DNA of 64,000 nucleotides from Octopus vulgaris (taxonomy: Eukaryota): positions 310,001-374,000 of the forward strand of contig OX597814.1 of assembly GCA_951406725.2 (NCBI GenBank), given 5' to 3'. Below, piece by piece: positions 1 through 28,125 of the stretch; positions within the stretch are counted from its first letter, which is position 1; the number at the start of each line of letters is the position of its first letter. The notes below the pieces were generated by a model. That model was not told the DNA's origin and did no database searches. It saw nothing but the letters and a program-made list of their open reading frames with translations. Made by a program: the position numbers and the translations under genes.

Positions 1-112
1 AACTCTATCTCTCTTTTGATAAGCATAACAAATGCACAACCGGTAAAAAGAACTTTCACCTTATTAAATTACTTAAATTACTTAAATTATTTTGTCAGCA
101 TTTTCTTCATTT

Positions 113-124
113 CCTTTTTTATAC

Positions 125-155
<31 letters not shown>

Positions 156-264
156 CATATATATATATATGTATATATATACACATATATATATACATAT
201 ATATATATATACATATATACTTATATATATACTTATATATATATATATACATACATATATATAC

Positions 265-322
<58 letters not shown>
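113..322. repeat. (TA)n/(TACA) microsatellite, representative of dozens in the window (e.g. 2035, 5390-5890, 6230-6570, 26410-27180, 29225-29475, 31060-31590, 44490-44670, 60120-60370, 61980-62250)
   Basis: Direct reading. Confidence 0.97.
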
Positions 323-325
<3 letters not shown>

Positions 326-2035
326 TCTGTTAAATGTTGTAAATGTTTTTGTTGAATAAAATTTATTGAAAAAAAGCCACAACAATTATGCACCAACCTA
401 ATACTTAGGTGTATTAAACATCATGTAGGGTTTGGGGGCGGAAGGGTGAGAATGTTGGGTGGATTCCCAAATCCTTACGGTCTTATTGTGTCAGTGTGTT
501 TGTTTGTGTGCATTTTGTTTAAATTCTTTGCTGGGTTCTCTAGAAATGGGGATGAAAGAGCAGAAAGATATATTTCAACATACCCATGAGCCCTATTATG
601 ATTATCAGCAGTTCTCTAGCATCGGCCTTTCACCACCATACCCTGAGAACCCAGCAAAGAGTTTAACTAAAACATACAAAAACACTTACATAGACACATA
701 AGTGTCCTAACATGGCCTGGGTACCTGCCCAGCTCACCAATATCCTTCCCAAAAATACCCTGCACATATGATACCCCTACACACATTCCAGTCTTATACA
801 AATGCCAACCCTTAACTCCTACACACTTTCTTAGAAAATTCGTGTAGACCAACAGCACAGAGACCTTTGGGGCCGGGGAACATAACTCTTGGCATAACTT
901 TTGTTCAGTTCTCTTCATCTTTTTACACAACCCTCATAAAACTGATGTGGTTTTTCACTTTCAGTAAAGGAGAGCAATTGCCAAATTTTTTTTTTCCGTA
1001 CCTGCTAGCTCTGATGAGTATGTAGTATTATGTAGCCATGCTGTTATCTAACATCTGTTTTGATACTCAGTGTGAAACTGATCGGAAAGATCAGCTATAA
1101 TGGATTATAATATCCATACTATTGACAAATATACAAATGCATATTTTTTTCTGACTTAGGGATTCATAGATAATATGTGTGTTGGATGGATGATGGTGGA
1201 AGTGCATAAATCCAGTGCCATTTCTCGTAGGTTTTATGTTTGGCCTAATATCCATTTTGTTATTCCAGCAAACATAATTTCCATGGACAGATCTGCCCAA
1301 ACTGAGCGGAGAGAGAGGATGTATTTGGTGTCAGAAAAGCAGGACAGAGAACAATCAGCAGTAGAGTTGGGATATCTGATAATTTGACATAAACTGTAGG
1401 GCAGGATGGTCACTAATGGAGCGACTGTAAACAGAGATAATGTAGTGTGGTCAGTGATGAAGTGGACACAGCAGTATGATATGTCATCATTGTCATTTAA
1501 CATCTGTTTTCCATGCTGGAAAGGGTTGGACAGTTTGACAGGAGCTGCCAAGGTTGGGAGCCAAACCAGGTTCCATTGTTTGTCTTGGCATGATTTCTAC
1601 AACTGGACGCCCTACCTAATGCCAACCACTTTACAGAGTGTGTTGGGTGCTTTTAACATGGCACCAGCACCGCCAGGGTCACCAAGCATTTTAGAAGACA
1701 AAGAACTCCTCATCTTTGAGTGGGGAGTAGTATTGAGGAGGTTTGGCTTTGTGCCAGTTGAGAGATTAAAGATGGAGAAGGAATTAGATTGACGACTTGC
1801 TGTACAGCAAAATGTCGTTAGTATATTAATGAAAGCATTTTAGATTTTTAATAATAATTCATTATCTTATGATAAGAACTGTTCTTCACCACTCTTCTTC
1901 AAAACCATTTTCTCTTTCGCACCCCAGAACACTATATCTTCTCTCTCTCTCTCTCTCTTTCTCCATACATGTACATGTGTGTTTGTGTGTGGGGGTGTGA
2001 GAGAGATTGTGGGGAAGAAAATCGGTAATTCCATA

Positions 2036-2121
<86 letters not shown>

Positions 2122-2150
2122 CATACATACACGCATACATACATATGTGA

Positions 2151-2189
<39 letters not shown>

Positions 2190-2302
2190 ATGGATAATCT
2201 AAACCTAATTAATTGTTCTAAAAGTGAACATTTTTCTCCAGAATAAAAGAAATCTTTTTTATTTTAAGTTAAAATGAAAATCTAAACTTTGTAATATCTC
2301 AC

Positions 2303-2332
2303 CTGAGATGATGAAATTCCACTCTCATCCAT
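2303..2332 (-). CDS. Candidate first coding exon (MDESGISSSQ) of a gene running off the left end
   Basis: aatATGG start context, in-frame stop upstream, donor CAG|gtgaga, CpG-enriched unique sequence at 2340-2530. Confidence 0.3.
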
Positions 2333-2696
2333 ATTGTTTCATCTTTGACAAGCGAGGAAGTAACAGTCTTTTAGCAAACCGCTTCCTCGGCAGACGTACG
2401 TTAACCTTTCAAGCAACACTACACACTGTATGTGGTACCTTAGATCTATACAGTTCCGCTAGAGATGCTGGCGGAGTTAAATTGCTGACATTACGAAGAC
2501 TTGCCTCAATGAGAGAGGAGATAATTTGATCGGCTAAAGTGTCAAAATAACATTGATAACTGATCATGTGATCATTATTTGATCAATAATTATTACAATT
2601 CACGCAGAGACTATTGTAATTCTAGAATAGCATTAGTTTGTTACAATTATGAGTACATTAGTACATTTCAAGTTCTTTACAGATTTTAGGGTCATT

Positions 2697-2765
<69 letters not shown>

Positions 2766-2838
2766 TGTTTTACATGCTGGGTAGGCTGAACAGTTTGACA
2801 GGATCCAGCAAGGTGAAGGATAATGTCATGTCTTAACT

Positions 2839-2952
2839 CAGTGGTCTCCAAAATTTCCACAGGAGTTCCCAACCCTTCTATTTAAATGAATTTTCCCACA
2901 GACTCCTTTTAATATGCTTATCCTTCTATATATGTACATATATATATATATA

Positions 2953-3001
<49 letters not shown>

Positions 3002-3119
3002 GGACAAACACACACACACACATATATACATATATGAAATTTTGAATTTAGTTCACGGACCCCCAGCACTACCTTTGCGAACCACCAGGCATCTGCAGAC
3101 CCCAGGTTGGGAACCACTA
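2839..3119 (-). mobile_element. Same hAT MITE family, older copy
   Basis: Ends cagtggtctcc / ttgggaaccacta; body is the reverse complement of 37042-37331; TSD degraded. Confidence 0.8.
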
Positions 3120-4336
3120 CCCTAACGTCTCGGCTTCAGCATGTTTTCTATGGCTGGATGCCTTACCTTAACATTAACCCACCTTCACAAAATGTATGAG
3201 GTACATTTTTATGGACACCACCACTTGCAATGTCCACCTAAGGTTCTAACAACTGAGAGAGAAAAGAGGAGAGGGAAGAGTGAATTTAGGCAAGAAATAG
3301 GTTCTAAATTTTGGCAGAAGGCCAGGGATTCCGGTGAGGGGTTAAACTGATTATATCAGCTCCAGTACTTGATAGGTATTTATTTTATTGACTCCGGAAG
3401 GACAAAAGTCAAAATCAACTCCAGTAGAATTTGAACCCAGAAATGCTGCTAAGCATTTTTCCCAGCCTCCTAATAGTTCTTCCAGAGGGTAAACACTGGG
3501 TGACAAAACCCTTTGGATAGAAAACAAGGAAGACTCCTTTTGGGACATGAGCACACATCTTCTATAAACAAGGTAGATGTTCTATCAACGGACCAAAACA
3601 AGCTTTCGAATTCTTCTTTCTCTATTTTAGAAACTTTGATTGTAATAGCAAGAACTGTTATTTACATCATGAAAATTTCAAAACCTGGAGAGACATGAAT
3701 TAATTTGCTTTTGAAACAGTGGATCTTGAAGCATATAAAGCTATAAATAATAGAGTATTCATATCGGGTTTAAAAAAGAACCCTTTGGATAGCAAAAGCG
3801 GAAGGCTTTCCATTAAAAATGAATTACTTCACGTAACTCGATGTTTCAAAATTCTAAAACTGTCAGCAAATATTCCAGAATTTTCCTGCAAAGCACTTAA
3901 TGTTTGTTTGTTTTTTTGTTTTATATTGTACATTTTATGAATGACAGCACTGCTGACAAAAGTTTGTCAAAGACTCGTTTCCTTTCTGATGTTGAAAGCA
4001 ACAAATGGCATGTCTGAGTAACCCAAAATAAACCAGCTAAGTTCACACACCCACACATACATACACACACATATATATACGTATAAAGTACAATCATTGC
4101 TAGAAATAGCAGCCAGTAAGCTATCAGCACTTCACCAAATATTACCGGATAGTAATATTATTTTTAATAATATTTATATTTCTTACATATCATCATCATC
4201 ATCATCATCATTTAATATCCGCTTTCCATGCTAACATGGGTTGGACGATTTGACTGAGGGCTGGCGAACCAGACTCCAATCTGATCTGGCAGAGTTTCTA
4301 CAGCTGATATATATATACACACACACATACAACAGT

Positions 4337-4587
4337 AATTGCAGCGTTGAAGGTGTTTATAAGCCATTTAAAAACACACAAAAACCGTTAGATTCACTTC
4401 AGCATTTGAATTTAATTTGCCAAAATATTTTCATTGCTTTGAGATGCAGCACGGAATTTTGTCAGTGAACAGATTGCCGTCTCAAAGCAACGAAAATATT
4501 TTGGCAAATTAAATTTAAATGTTGAAGTGAATCTAACGGTTTTTGTGTGTTTTTAAATGGCTTATAAACACCTTCCATGCTGCAATT
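4337..4587. mobile_element. Fold-back element (MITE-like) with ~110-bp arms
   Basis: aattgcagc..gaaggtgtttataagccatttaaaaacacac...ctttgaga mirrored after a ~31-nt spacer, few mismatches. Confidence 0.85.
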
Positions 4588-4611
4588 GTCTTCATTCCAG
4601 CACATGATCTT

Positions 4612-4647
<36 letters not shown>

Positions 4648-5545
4648 CATGTATATATGTACATACACATATATATGTAGACACATAGACACACCCACTT
4701 ACATGTTATACATATATACATATATACATATTGGTTTCAAATTTTGGCTAGTAATTTGAGGGGAGGGGTATGTTGATTACAATGACCCCCAAATCTTCAA
4801 CTGGTACTTATTTTATGGACCCTAAAAGGATGAAAGGCAAAGTCGACCTCAGTGGAATTTGAACTCAAAATGTAAAGACAGACAAAATACTGCTAAGCAT
4901 TTTTCCCAGCACGCTACTGATTCTACCAGCTTGTCACCTTATATACACACACATATAAAACCTTTGTTTTTATTTCAAGTTATATATGAAACTAATTTAA
5001 CTTTAAGCCAAAGCATTATTCAATACTTTTAAGTAAAGCATGTTTCTTAAACTTTTGCAGACATTGACTTCAAGCAAGCTGAGACTGCGAAGTCACTGTC
5101 GACTTTTTCTTGTAATTGTTAATAAACAATCACTCTATTTTAAAATAGTAAGAGAGCGCTGCAAAGTTTGTGGCTTTGGGTAAAGGGGGATACAAGAGGA
5201 TCGGTTAATTATGATTTAATTCAACATATTCCCCTCTCAGATTCACACACTTATTGCAGCGGCCTTTCAGATTTTCAAAGCAACTGTAAAAGAACTTGGA
5301 AGGTTGGCCCTCCAGCCAGGCCTTTTGAGATGCCCTTAAAGCCAGGAGCTTTTCATATATAACTTGACATAAAAACATTTATCTCTCACTCTTTCTCTCT
5401 CTCTCTCTCTTTCTCTCTCTCCTTTTTGCTCTCTCTCTCTATATATATATATATACATATATGTATATATATATTTTTTTAAATTTTATCTAGTTTCAGC
5501 TCACGAGCTGTAGCCATGCTGGGGCACCGCCATTATATATATATA

Positions 5546-5610
<65 letters not shown>

Positions 5611-5625
5611 CATATATATATGTAC

Positions 5626-5673
<48 letters not shown>

Positions 5674-6313
5674 ACATATATATATACATATATACATATA
5701 TTTGCATACATATATATATATATTTATACATACATACATATATATATATTTATATATACATACATATATACACACACACATACATAAACATATATATACA
5801 TTTAATTGTGTGTGCGCACGTGTATGTGTGCACGTGTGTGTGTGTGTACGTGTGTGTGCGCACATGTGAGTATATCTATGTATGTATGTGTATTAAGAAG
5901 AGTCGGAGCTGATGACATACTGAATAAATAATGGCATCAGTGAGATTCTCGTCAACCTGCAAGAGTCACAGATAAAATGCGTTTCGTGAAAAATGAGCTG
6001 CAAAAAATAAAATTTCATTTGTCGGGAAAAAAAAAAACGTTTCATGAGAGTTATACAGCGTTAACCTAAAACTGAAATTTCATGACACACAAGTGTATAG
6101 ACAGAGCATATATCTATACACATATGATGACGTATATACCCAAAGGCTTCTAGACTTTTGCATATGTATATCATCACCAATAGGTTATGAATATGTATGT
6201 CGATAAATACATGCAAACATATACATTGTCTGTGTGTGTGTGTGTGTGTGTGTATGTATATGTTTATATATATATAAATAGAGAGATAGATAGATAGATA
6301 GATAGATATATAC

Positions 6314-6346
<33 letters not shown>

Positions 6347-6491
6347 GATAGATAGATTGATAGATATATATACATATATATACATACATATATACATATA
6401 TTAATATATGTACATATATCATAATATATATACATATATATATGTGTGTGTGTGTGTGTGTATGCGTATATGTATATGTTTATATATATAT

Positions 6492-6526
<35 letters not shown>

Positions 6527-6535
6527 TACATATAC

Positions 6536-6566
<31 letters not shown>

Positions 6567-7710
6567 CATGCGTGTGTCGTGTGTTTTGTTTTGTGTAGTT
6601 CTTTAAACAGTTTAAAATCATGACAATTCTGGCCAGACTGGAGCATTTATATTTTAGGACTTCATTTTGGTTTTGCTGTTTGAAATGAGGGTCTTTAAAG
6701 CCAAATCATCTCTGATTCTTGAGATGCAATGATCAAAGTTCCAGCCACGACCATGCCACAAACATTTTTTTTCTCTTTTTTTTTTTGGTGGGGAGGGGAT
6801 TCTTTTCAAACTTTCTATATCTAGGACTCCATTATTCAATGAGCCCTTCTTTTGTTAACATGGTAGGATGTGATATGAGGTGATGTAGCTCTTGTTTCTA
6901 TAAAAATCAAACGACCACACACAGCCAACTAATCTGGCATTTTATGCAGTGTCACTCAATCTTCTAGAAATCTGATGTGATTTAAGGGTAGTTTAGCTGT
7001 TATTTCTAGCCTGTCGAATAATTGTATGAAGACTGCTTCTTTCATTTCTGTTATATTTTTGGTTTCAGTTCTAGCTGTTGTGATGTAGTGACATTCATTC
7101 ATGTTTTGCATTATTGGTATCATGTATTAATGGATTTCCATAAATATTCCTCAATCAGTTTATTCCATTTTGACAATGATCCAGCAGAGATCTCCCCCAT
7201 TCTATTCTGAGGCAGCATTTTTGGTGATTCTTGTTGAGAAATTTTGGAGAATGAGTTTTTGAAAAGATTTCACAGATGGCGCCAACATTCTAAATCCATC
7301 TTTAAAGAGGAAGACAAAAGCAACTATAGATCCATAAAGGCAATGTTTTTGCAGCTTAAAATGTCTTGAAGGAATTTTCACAATTTCAGGAACATGTGTA
7401 ACATGTTTCCTTCTCAACTTTTTGTCTTTATTCAGTTTTGCATTGCCCACTTGACACAGCCATGTAGCCTTAAAATTAATCCTCTGTGTGTGTGTTTGTG
7501 CATTGTTTATAAGGAACAGAAGAAAAGTACTCAGTACAGAATGAAAAGTATAGTTATACTCATCCAGGTACTGCTATGTGCTGTCACTTAAAACTTTCAT
7601 ATTTACATCTTTTAAGTGACAGTAAACATGATTAGGTAACATCATAAACCCAGGTTTCTGAATATATATTTGTGCATGCATGTGTGTGTGTGTGTGTGTC
7701 TGTGTGTGTA

Positions 7711-7749
<39 letters not shown>

Positions 7750-7754
<5 letters not shown>

Positions 7755-7806
7755 AAATTTAGAAGACTGACCATTAAAAAAATGGTCAGTCCTCTAAATT
7801 TTGTAT
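7750..7806. repeat. 26-bp inverted repeat (1 mismatch) with 5-nt loop at the end of a (TA)n tract
   Basis: atacaaaatttagaagactgaccatt-aaaaa-aatggtcagtcctctaaattttgtat. Confidence 0.85.
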
Positions 7807-7891
7807 GTAAAAAAAAATTTTTAATCTTCGGATTTTTTAAAAATATGCTAGGCCACTGGTTTTAATTGATTAATATCAATTTCTACCCTTA

Positions 7892-7903
7892 TTTAATTTT
7901 ATT
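7892..7903 (-). promoter_or_regulatory. Candidate polyadenylation signals (adjacent AATAAA and ATTAAA) of the membrane-protein gene
   Basis: First canonical hexamers I found on the minus strand after the stop at 9978 (manual scan). Would give a ~2.1-kb 3' UTR. Confidence 0.4.
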
Positions 7904-7922
7904 TATATATATATATATATGT

Positions 7923-8206
7923 TAATAGAGGTCACTAAAGTGACAGAGGGTACCAGTTAGTACTGATATTGCTAGAAATAAGAGTCAAACCAAATCAAAA
8001 GCCACAAAGCACTATCTTAATGAGTGACAAGGGGAGGTAAGCCCCTAGCAGATTTGACCAAATCAGCAATTTTGGATTTTGACACAGAGCAACTTAATCC
8101 TCATCTGTAACTTTTACCGTGCCTGGGGTTAAACTCCACAAGCTCAACACATTTCAAGCAATACAGGCACTAATTAGTACCCTCTGTCATTCTAATGCCC
8201 CTATTA
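7923..8206. mobile_element. Diverged MITE-like element with ~50-bp TIRs
   Basis: taatagaggtcactaaagtgacagagggtacc... versus ...gtaccctctgtcattctaatgcccctatta. Confidence 0.65.
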
Positions 8207-8272
8207 ATTTGCCTATATGTTGTTAAATTGCTAATAAGCCACCCATATTATTTGTTTTGTATACATATATAT

Positions 8273-8333
<61 letters not shown>

Positions 8334-8396
8334 TGACAACAAAAGAATGAATGAGACCTTGATATTATGTAAGTAGAGGAATTTATATATATGGGA

Positions 8397-8581
8397 CAAT
8401 CAGTAAGTTGCCATAATAAAACTCGGAGTTTCAAATACTGGAGCTGAGAGTTTCTAGACATTTTTCATCAGTTAGGGGTTTTTCATAGCATTTCTTGTCT
8501 TAATAACTGATGAAAAATGCCTAGAAGCTCTCAACTCTGGTATTTGAAACTCTGAGTATTGGTATGGCAACTTACTGATTG
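8397..8581. mobile_element. Fold-back element with ~78-bp arms
   Basis: caatcagtaagttgccata...catttttcatcagtta mirrored after a 29-nt spacer. Confidence 0.8.
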
Positions 8582-8584
8582 CTC

Positions 8585-8664
<80 letters not shown>

Positions 8665-8665
<1 letters not shown>

Positions 8666-8760
8666 CAAGGGCTATAACTATAAGTAAAGTCACATATAAT
8701 AGGGGACTCTAATAGTCAAACTGTCCCCTACAGCACGTAACTTATAGTAACAGCCCTTGA
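8665..8760. mobile_element. 96-bp fold-back element
   Basis: tcaagggctataactataagt...acttatagtaacagcccttga with an inner taggggac/gtccccta stem. Confidence 0.7.
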
Positions 8761-8955
8761 CATTGTAATGTATTTTATATATAAGGAAAAAATTATATAC
8801 TTTTATACTTTGTATTAATCTTTTCCTTAATTGGTTTTGCATGGTGGCTAATTCATAAAATCTTATATAGATTTTATCCTTATATTATATATTATTATTA
8901 TTATTATTATTATTTCACTTAGGCATAGTGATGCTAATATCTTGGTGTTAGAATT

Positions 8956-9007
<52 letters not shown>

Positions 9008-9152
9008 TTTATGTTTGAAGCTCCAATGAAGCTATAAGGTGTTACTCAGGCACTGAACTCGGAGTCTGCTGCAACTAGTAGCAGAAACAGCTGTGAGCCA
9101 ATACAAGTCATGACATAATTTCTTCTTATTCCTTCGCTATTCTAATTCAGTA

Positions 9153-9195
<43 letters not shown>

Positions 9196-9368
9196 CATAT
9201 ATTCCAGAGTGGGGCTTTCTTTCATTCTTCATTATCCTGAGTTTGTTACAGACAGTTTTCACAGAAAAATGTTAACATGATAATCAGAGGACCAATGTAG
9301 TGAATCCTGAGTTTTAGATAAAAAGGTGACTTTTTTCTTATTGCACCCTTGTATTTGTGTGCTTTTTG

Positions 9369-9406
<38 letters not shown>

Positions 9407-9537
9407 GTCGTCGTTATCGTTTAACATCCACTTTCCCTCTTTGTAAATTCAGCAACACACACACATACACACACATGCATAGAGACACACATACATGTGT
9501 GTGTATTTGTGTTTATAGATAGGAAGAAAATTGTGTG

Positions 9538-9578
<41 letters not shown>

Positions 9579-9977
9579 GTAGGTAGGTAGGTAGGTAGGT
9601 AGGTATGTAGGTAGGTAGGTAGACGGATAGCTGGATAGATAGATTTAGACATTGTTCTCCGTGAAGTCTCAGCACAGCCTTGTTATAATAACTGTGAACA
9701 CCAAATGAATTCCTTGTACACATCCCATTCGCATCGTCTTTCAGAGTATATCCCAGTTATCTCCATTGTTCTTCAAGTTACAATTTCTTCCTGCTTGTTA
9801 TCATCATCCTCATCATCCTCATCCTCATCATCCCTGTCCTCTTTGTTATATCTCAATGCCTTACTCAGTCACCCAAAACGCAAAAGGAACATCGTAAATG
9901 TGAATCTGTAGTCTTTGTGTTGTGTTAAAAGATCCTTTCGCCAGAGGAGAAGGCGCACAAACATATATGCATAGTCT

Positions 9978-23979
<14,002 letters not shown>

Positions 23980-24056
23980 GGTTACCTGTAAAATATGACA
24001 GACAAATAGGTTAAAGGTCATCATCACTATTAAAGGTCATCATCGTTATTATCGTT

Positions 24057-24144
<88 letters not shown>

Positions 24145-24297
24145 CCACCGTTCTCACCACCACTTCCCTTTGTCACCAGCACCATCATCACCACTATTAT
24201 CATTAGTACCATTATCATCAACATTATCAACACCACAATCTCTGCCACATCCACAAACCACCACCACCACCATCACCACTACCATTACCACAACCAT

Positions 24298-24340
<43 letters not shown>

Positions 24341-25069
24341 ATGTATGTGTGCACATGTCTTACAACAACATGCATTGGGGAAAGATTTAAGCATGAACAA
24401 AGACACTGATTAACCGGTGCTTTTAAACAAGTAACCTTCTGTGGTATTTACTCCGTCCATGTTACACAGTTACTCCCTTATCACACTCTCTACCAGAAAT
24501 GGATTATAGTATTGATCAGCTCATTAGAAAACTACCATCATCATTCTAATGTCCATAGGGAGCATAGACAGCATGGTCTGTCCCCCACATAGCATGGGTG
24601 GGTTTAGATAGGACTAAGTAAGCGTGTTTAAGGACCATTAGCTTTCAAATTATTTCTCAAGACTGCTCTGCATGTAAACCAATTATTGAGAGAGTCTTTA
24701 TGCTGTTGATTGACCGGCTAAAAATCTGAAATTTGAATGCTAAAATAGCAGCCAAATCTTCCTTGGATCACATACTAAGTGTTTAAGGAAAGAACATGGT
24801 AGATGATGCAGTTTTACATAAGCCTTACAAACAAGAGAATTGAGGCGAGAATGTTTTTGATCATGGATCAGAGTTCGTCTAAGATTAAATAATAAGAAGT
24901 CTTAGAGAATACTAATTGATGGCAGAGTACATACATTGAGATGCAGGCATGCATGCATACACACTTTCGTACATACATACATATATGCATACGTATATGC
25001 ATACATGCATATATATACATGCATGCATACATACATACATACATACAAGCATACATATATACGTACATC

Positions 25070-25660
25070 CACAGTTGTCCGAAAATGTCATCACGGTATT
25101 ATCTGCCAATGAGACATGATGTTGTAGCTAGGACACTCTAAGGAAATCTGCCAGAAGGATAATCCCCAGGACAAAGAAATAAGAACCCACAACATGGTAG
25201 AAGCCATAGCCACTCACATTAAAAAGGAGTACTGGTGGAATGTACCAGTGAAGACCTCAATAAAATATAAGCACAACAGACCTGATATAATGATTTGGAA
25301 TGGAGAAGAGAAACTGTGCACATTTGTAGAAATTAGCTGCCAAGCAGATGTTAACATAAAGGTGAAGATCAGTGAAAAAGGGAACATCTACACTGAACTA
25401 TTGAGAAATCTGCAGTTACTCTATCCAGATTACAAGTTCAGATTTATACCTGTAATTATTCGGGTCCTGGGATATATAACACACTGCCTAAATACCAAAC
25501 TTGAGAAATTAGGCTTCTCAAAACCAGAAAGGAGAAAGCTAATTGGAAGACTACAGTTCCAATCCATCACTGGAACTGTAGAAATCTGTAAAACTTTCCA
25601 GAAGTTTATCATTTAATTATATATGAGCATGTCTAGATATACAACGATATGCATGAGAAT
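25070..25660 (+). mobile_element. RLE LINE 3' fragment (family E) embedded in (CATA)n/(CAGA)n repeats
   Basis: SCPKMSSRYYLPMRHDVV, then ORF 25194-25616 with HNRPDIMIW..VEISC..EK..Y..L..FIPVII. No (TAA)n flank. Confidence 0.88.
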
Positions 25661-26521
25661 ACATACATAAAACATACATACAAATCTGCACATATACATA
25701 CATACATGCACACATACATACATACATAAATACATACATAAATACAGACAGACAGACAGACAGATAGACAGACAGATAGACAGACAGACAGACAGACAAA
25801 CAAACAGACAAACAGACAGACATGAATGTGGCATCTGAATTATGCAAGCATGGGGAAGTGGGTATTAAAATGGCAATGACGATGATGATGATGATGATGA
25901 CGATGATAATGATGATGATGATGATCGTGATCATTGTAGAGGTACGACAAGGTTTCTGCCACACAAATTCCATTCCCACGACATTCATCAAGCCTGAAGC
26001 TAGACCAGAAGAAACACATGCCCAAGGTTTCACTCATTGGAATCAAATTCAGAGCCTTTGCTTTTACAAACGGAACTTCTTAACCAAACAGCCATGCTTT
26101 TAGCAACACATGTATTTATAGAACCTCCATTCTTCCATTTTGCCTGCAACTGGTATCCAATGGCAACACTGATGTCTTCTAACATGATAACTCTGCTGTA
26201 GAAATCTCAGTGCTTATTAGAAAAAGCTGGAAAAATCAATGTTTAATAGTGTTTTATTTCTGTGAAAAATCCAGGACTATTACAGATGGAATCTCCATGG
26301 AAGGATACTATTGTCCGATCAGTCTCACAAGACAGCATTCGGATTTTGGTTTTTGAAATATTGTTCAATTCACTTTTGTAGTGTAACATATATTAGGGAA
26401 TACATTTACAATGTGTGTGTGTGTGTGTATAAATACATACTTATAACTATGCATAAATGTATATATGCTTATACACATGTGTGTGCATATATATATGTGT
26501 GTGTGTGTGTGTGTGTATATC

Positions 26522-26584
<63 letters not shown>

Positions 26585-26686
26585 ATATATATGTGTGTGT
26601 GTGTGTATGTATATATATACATATACATATATACATATACATACACATATATATATATACATATATATATACATATATACATACAT

Positions 26687-26722
<36 letters not shown>

Positions 26723-27474
26723 CTGGTGACAATTGAATTTTTCTTTTACAGTATCACAATATGCCTGGCTATTCATATTAATTTATATATATATATATAT
26801 ATGTCTGTATGTATGTATGTATGTATGTATGTATGTATGTATGTATGTATGTATGTATGTATGTATGTATGCAAGCATGTATGCATTTATGTATGTATGT
26901 GTATATATTTATATATGTATACATACGCATGCATATACATTAATAGAGAGACAAAGAGAGAGAAATGGAGACTGATTCCTTTAAACAAACATGCACGCAT
27001 ATGCGCAGATGCACAAACACACACACACACACACACAATGCACAAACAGACACAGATACACACACATGTGCAAACATGTTTGTGAACACATGCTTTAGCT
27101 GCATTTGGATCTGCAAATATATACATATATATACATATATACATATATACGTATATATACATATATACATATATAATCATCATCATCATCATCATCATTT
27201 AACATCCATTGTCCATGCTGGCATGGGTTGGACGATTTGAGCAGGGTTGGCAAGCTGGAAGGCTGCACCAGACTCCAGTCTGATTTGGCATGGTTTCCTA
27301 CAGCTGGATGCCCTTCCTAATGCCAACCACTCCGAGAGTTCTTTACAGAGTGTTGAGACCATCTGACTCCCTCACACATCTCATCTCCTGCCAGAAAATG
27401 TTGAGGCAACAGCTTGATGTCTCCATTCTCATTCACCACCGACCATTGACAAATAGAAGGCATAAATGTCTATT

Positions 27475-27880
27475 TCCTTACAACCCACAAGGGACTAAAC
27501 ACAGAGGGGACAAACAAGGACAGACAAACGGATTAAGTCGATTACATCGACCCCAGTGCGTAACTGGTACTTTATTTATCGACCCCGAAAGGATGAAAGG
27601 CAAAGTCGACCTCAGCAGAATTTGAACTCAGAACATAGCGGCAGACGAAATACCTATTTCTTTATTGCTCACAAGGGGCTAAACATAGAGGGGACAAACA
27701 AGGACAGACAAACGGATTAAGTCGATTACATCCACCCCAGAGCGTAACTGGTACTTAATTTATCGACCCCGGGAGGTTGAAAGGCAAAGTCGACCTTGGC
27801 GGAATTTGAACTCAGAACGTAACTGCAGGCGAAATATGGCTACGCATTTCACCTGGCATGCTAATGTTTCTGCCAGCTCA
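27475..27880 (-). mobile_element. SINE-1 tandem dimer
   Basis: Two head-to-tail copies joined at gacgaaatacc|tatttcttta. Confidence 0.85.
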
Positions 27881-28125
27881 TGGCGTAAATATTGTCACCA
27901 TGAATATAATGTGATTATTTTCCAGTTGTGATGAATCAGGTGTAATTGCTACATATCAGTTAAAGTATCATAAATCTCAGCAGTAGGTCTTTCTGGGTGC
28001 AAATCTTTTTGTTCAAAGATCAACACAGAAACCACTATAAGCAGTAAATAAATCTTTTGTTAATTGTTCACGAGTGTTGTTAATTACATCGACATGCAGC
28101 CCGAGAAATACGTTTTCATACTCAC

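Noticed and set aside
1008-1080. CTGATGA...GAAA as a hammerhead
   Set aside because: No convincing stem II; similarly rejected at 5912.
3560-3960. Several good-looking acceptors on both strands
   Set aside because: All frames close within about 25 codons; no coherent exon chain.
7020-7450. 82-aa minus ORF and 43-aa plus frame in unique sequence
   Set aside because: No recognisable motif or paired splice sites.
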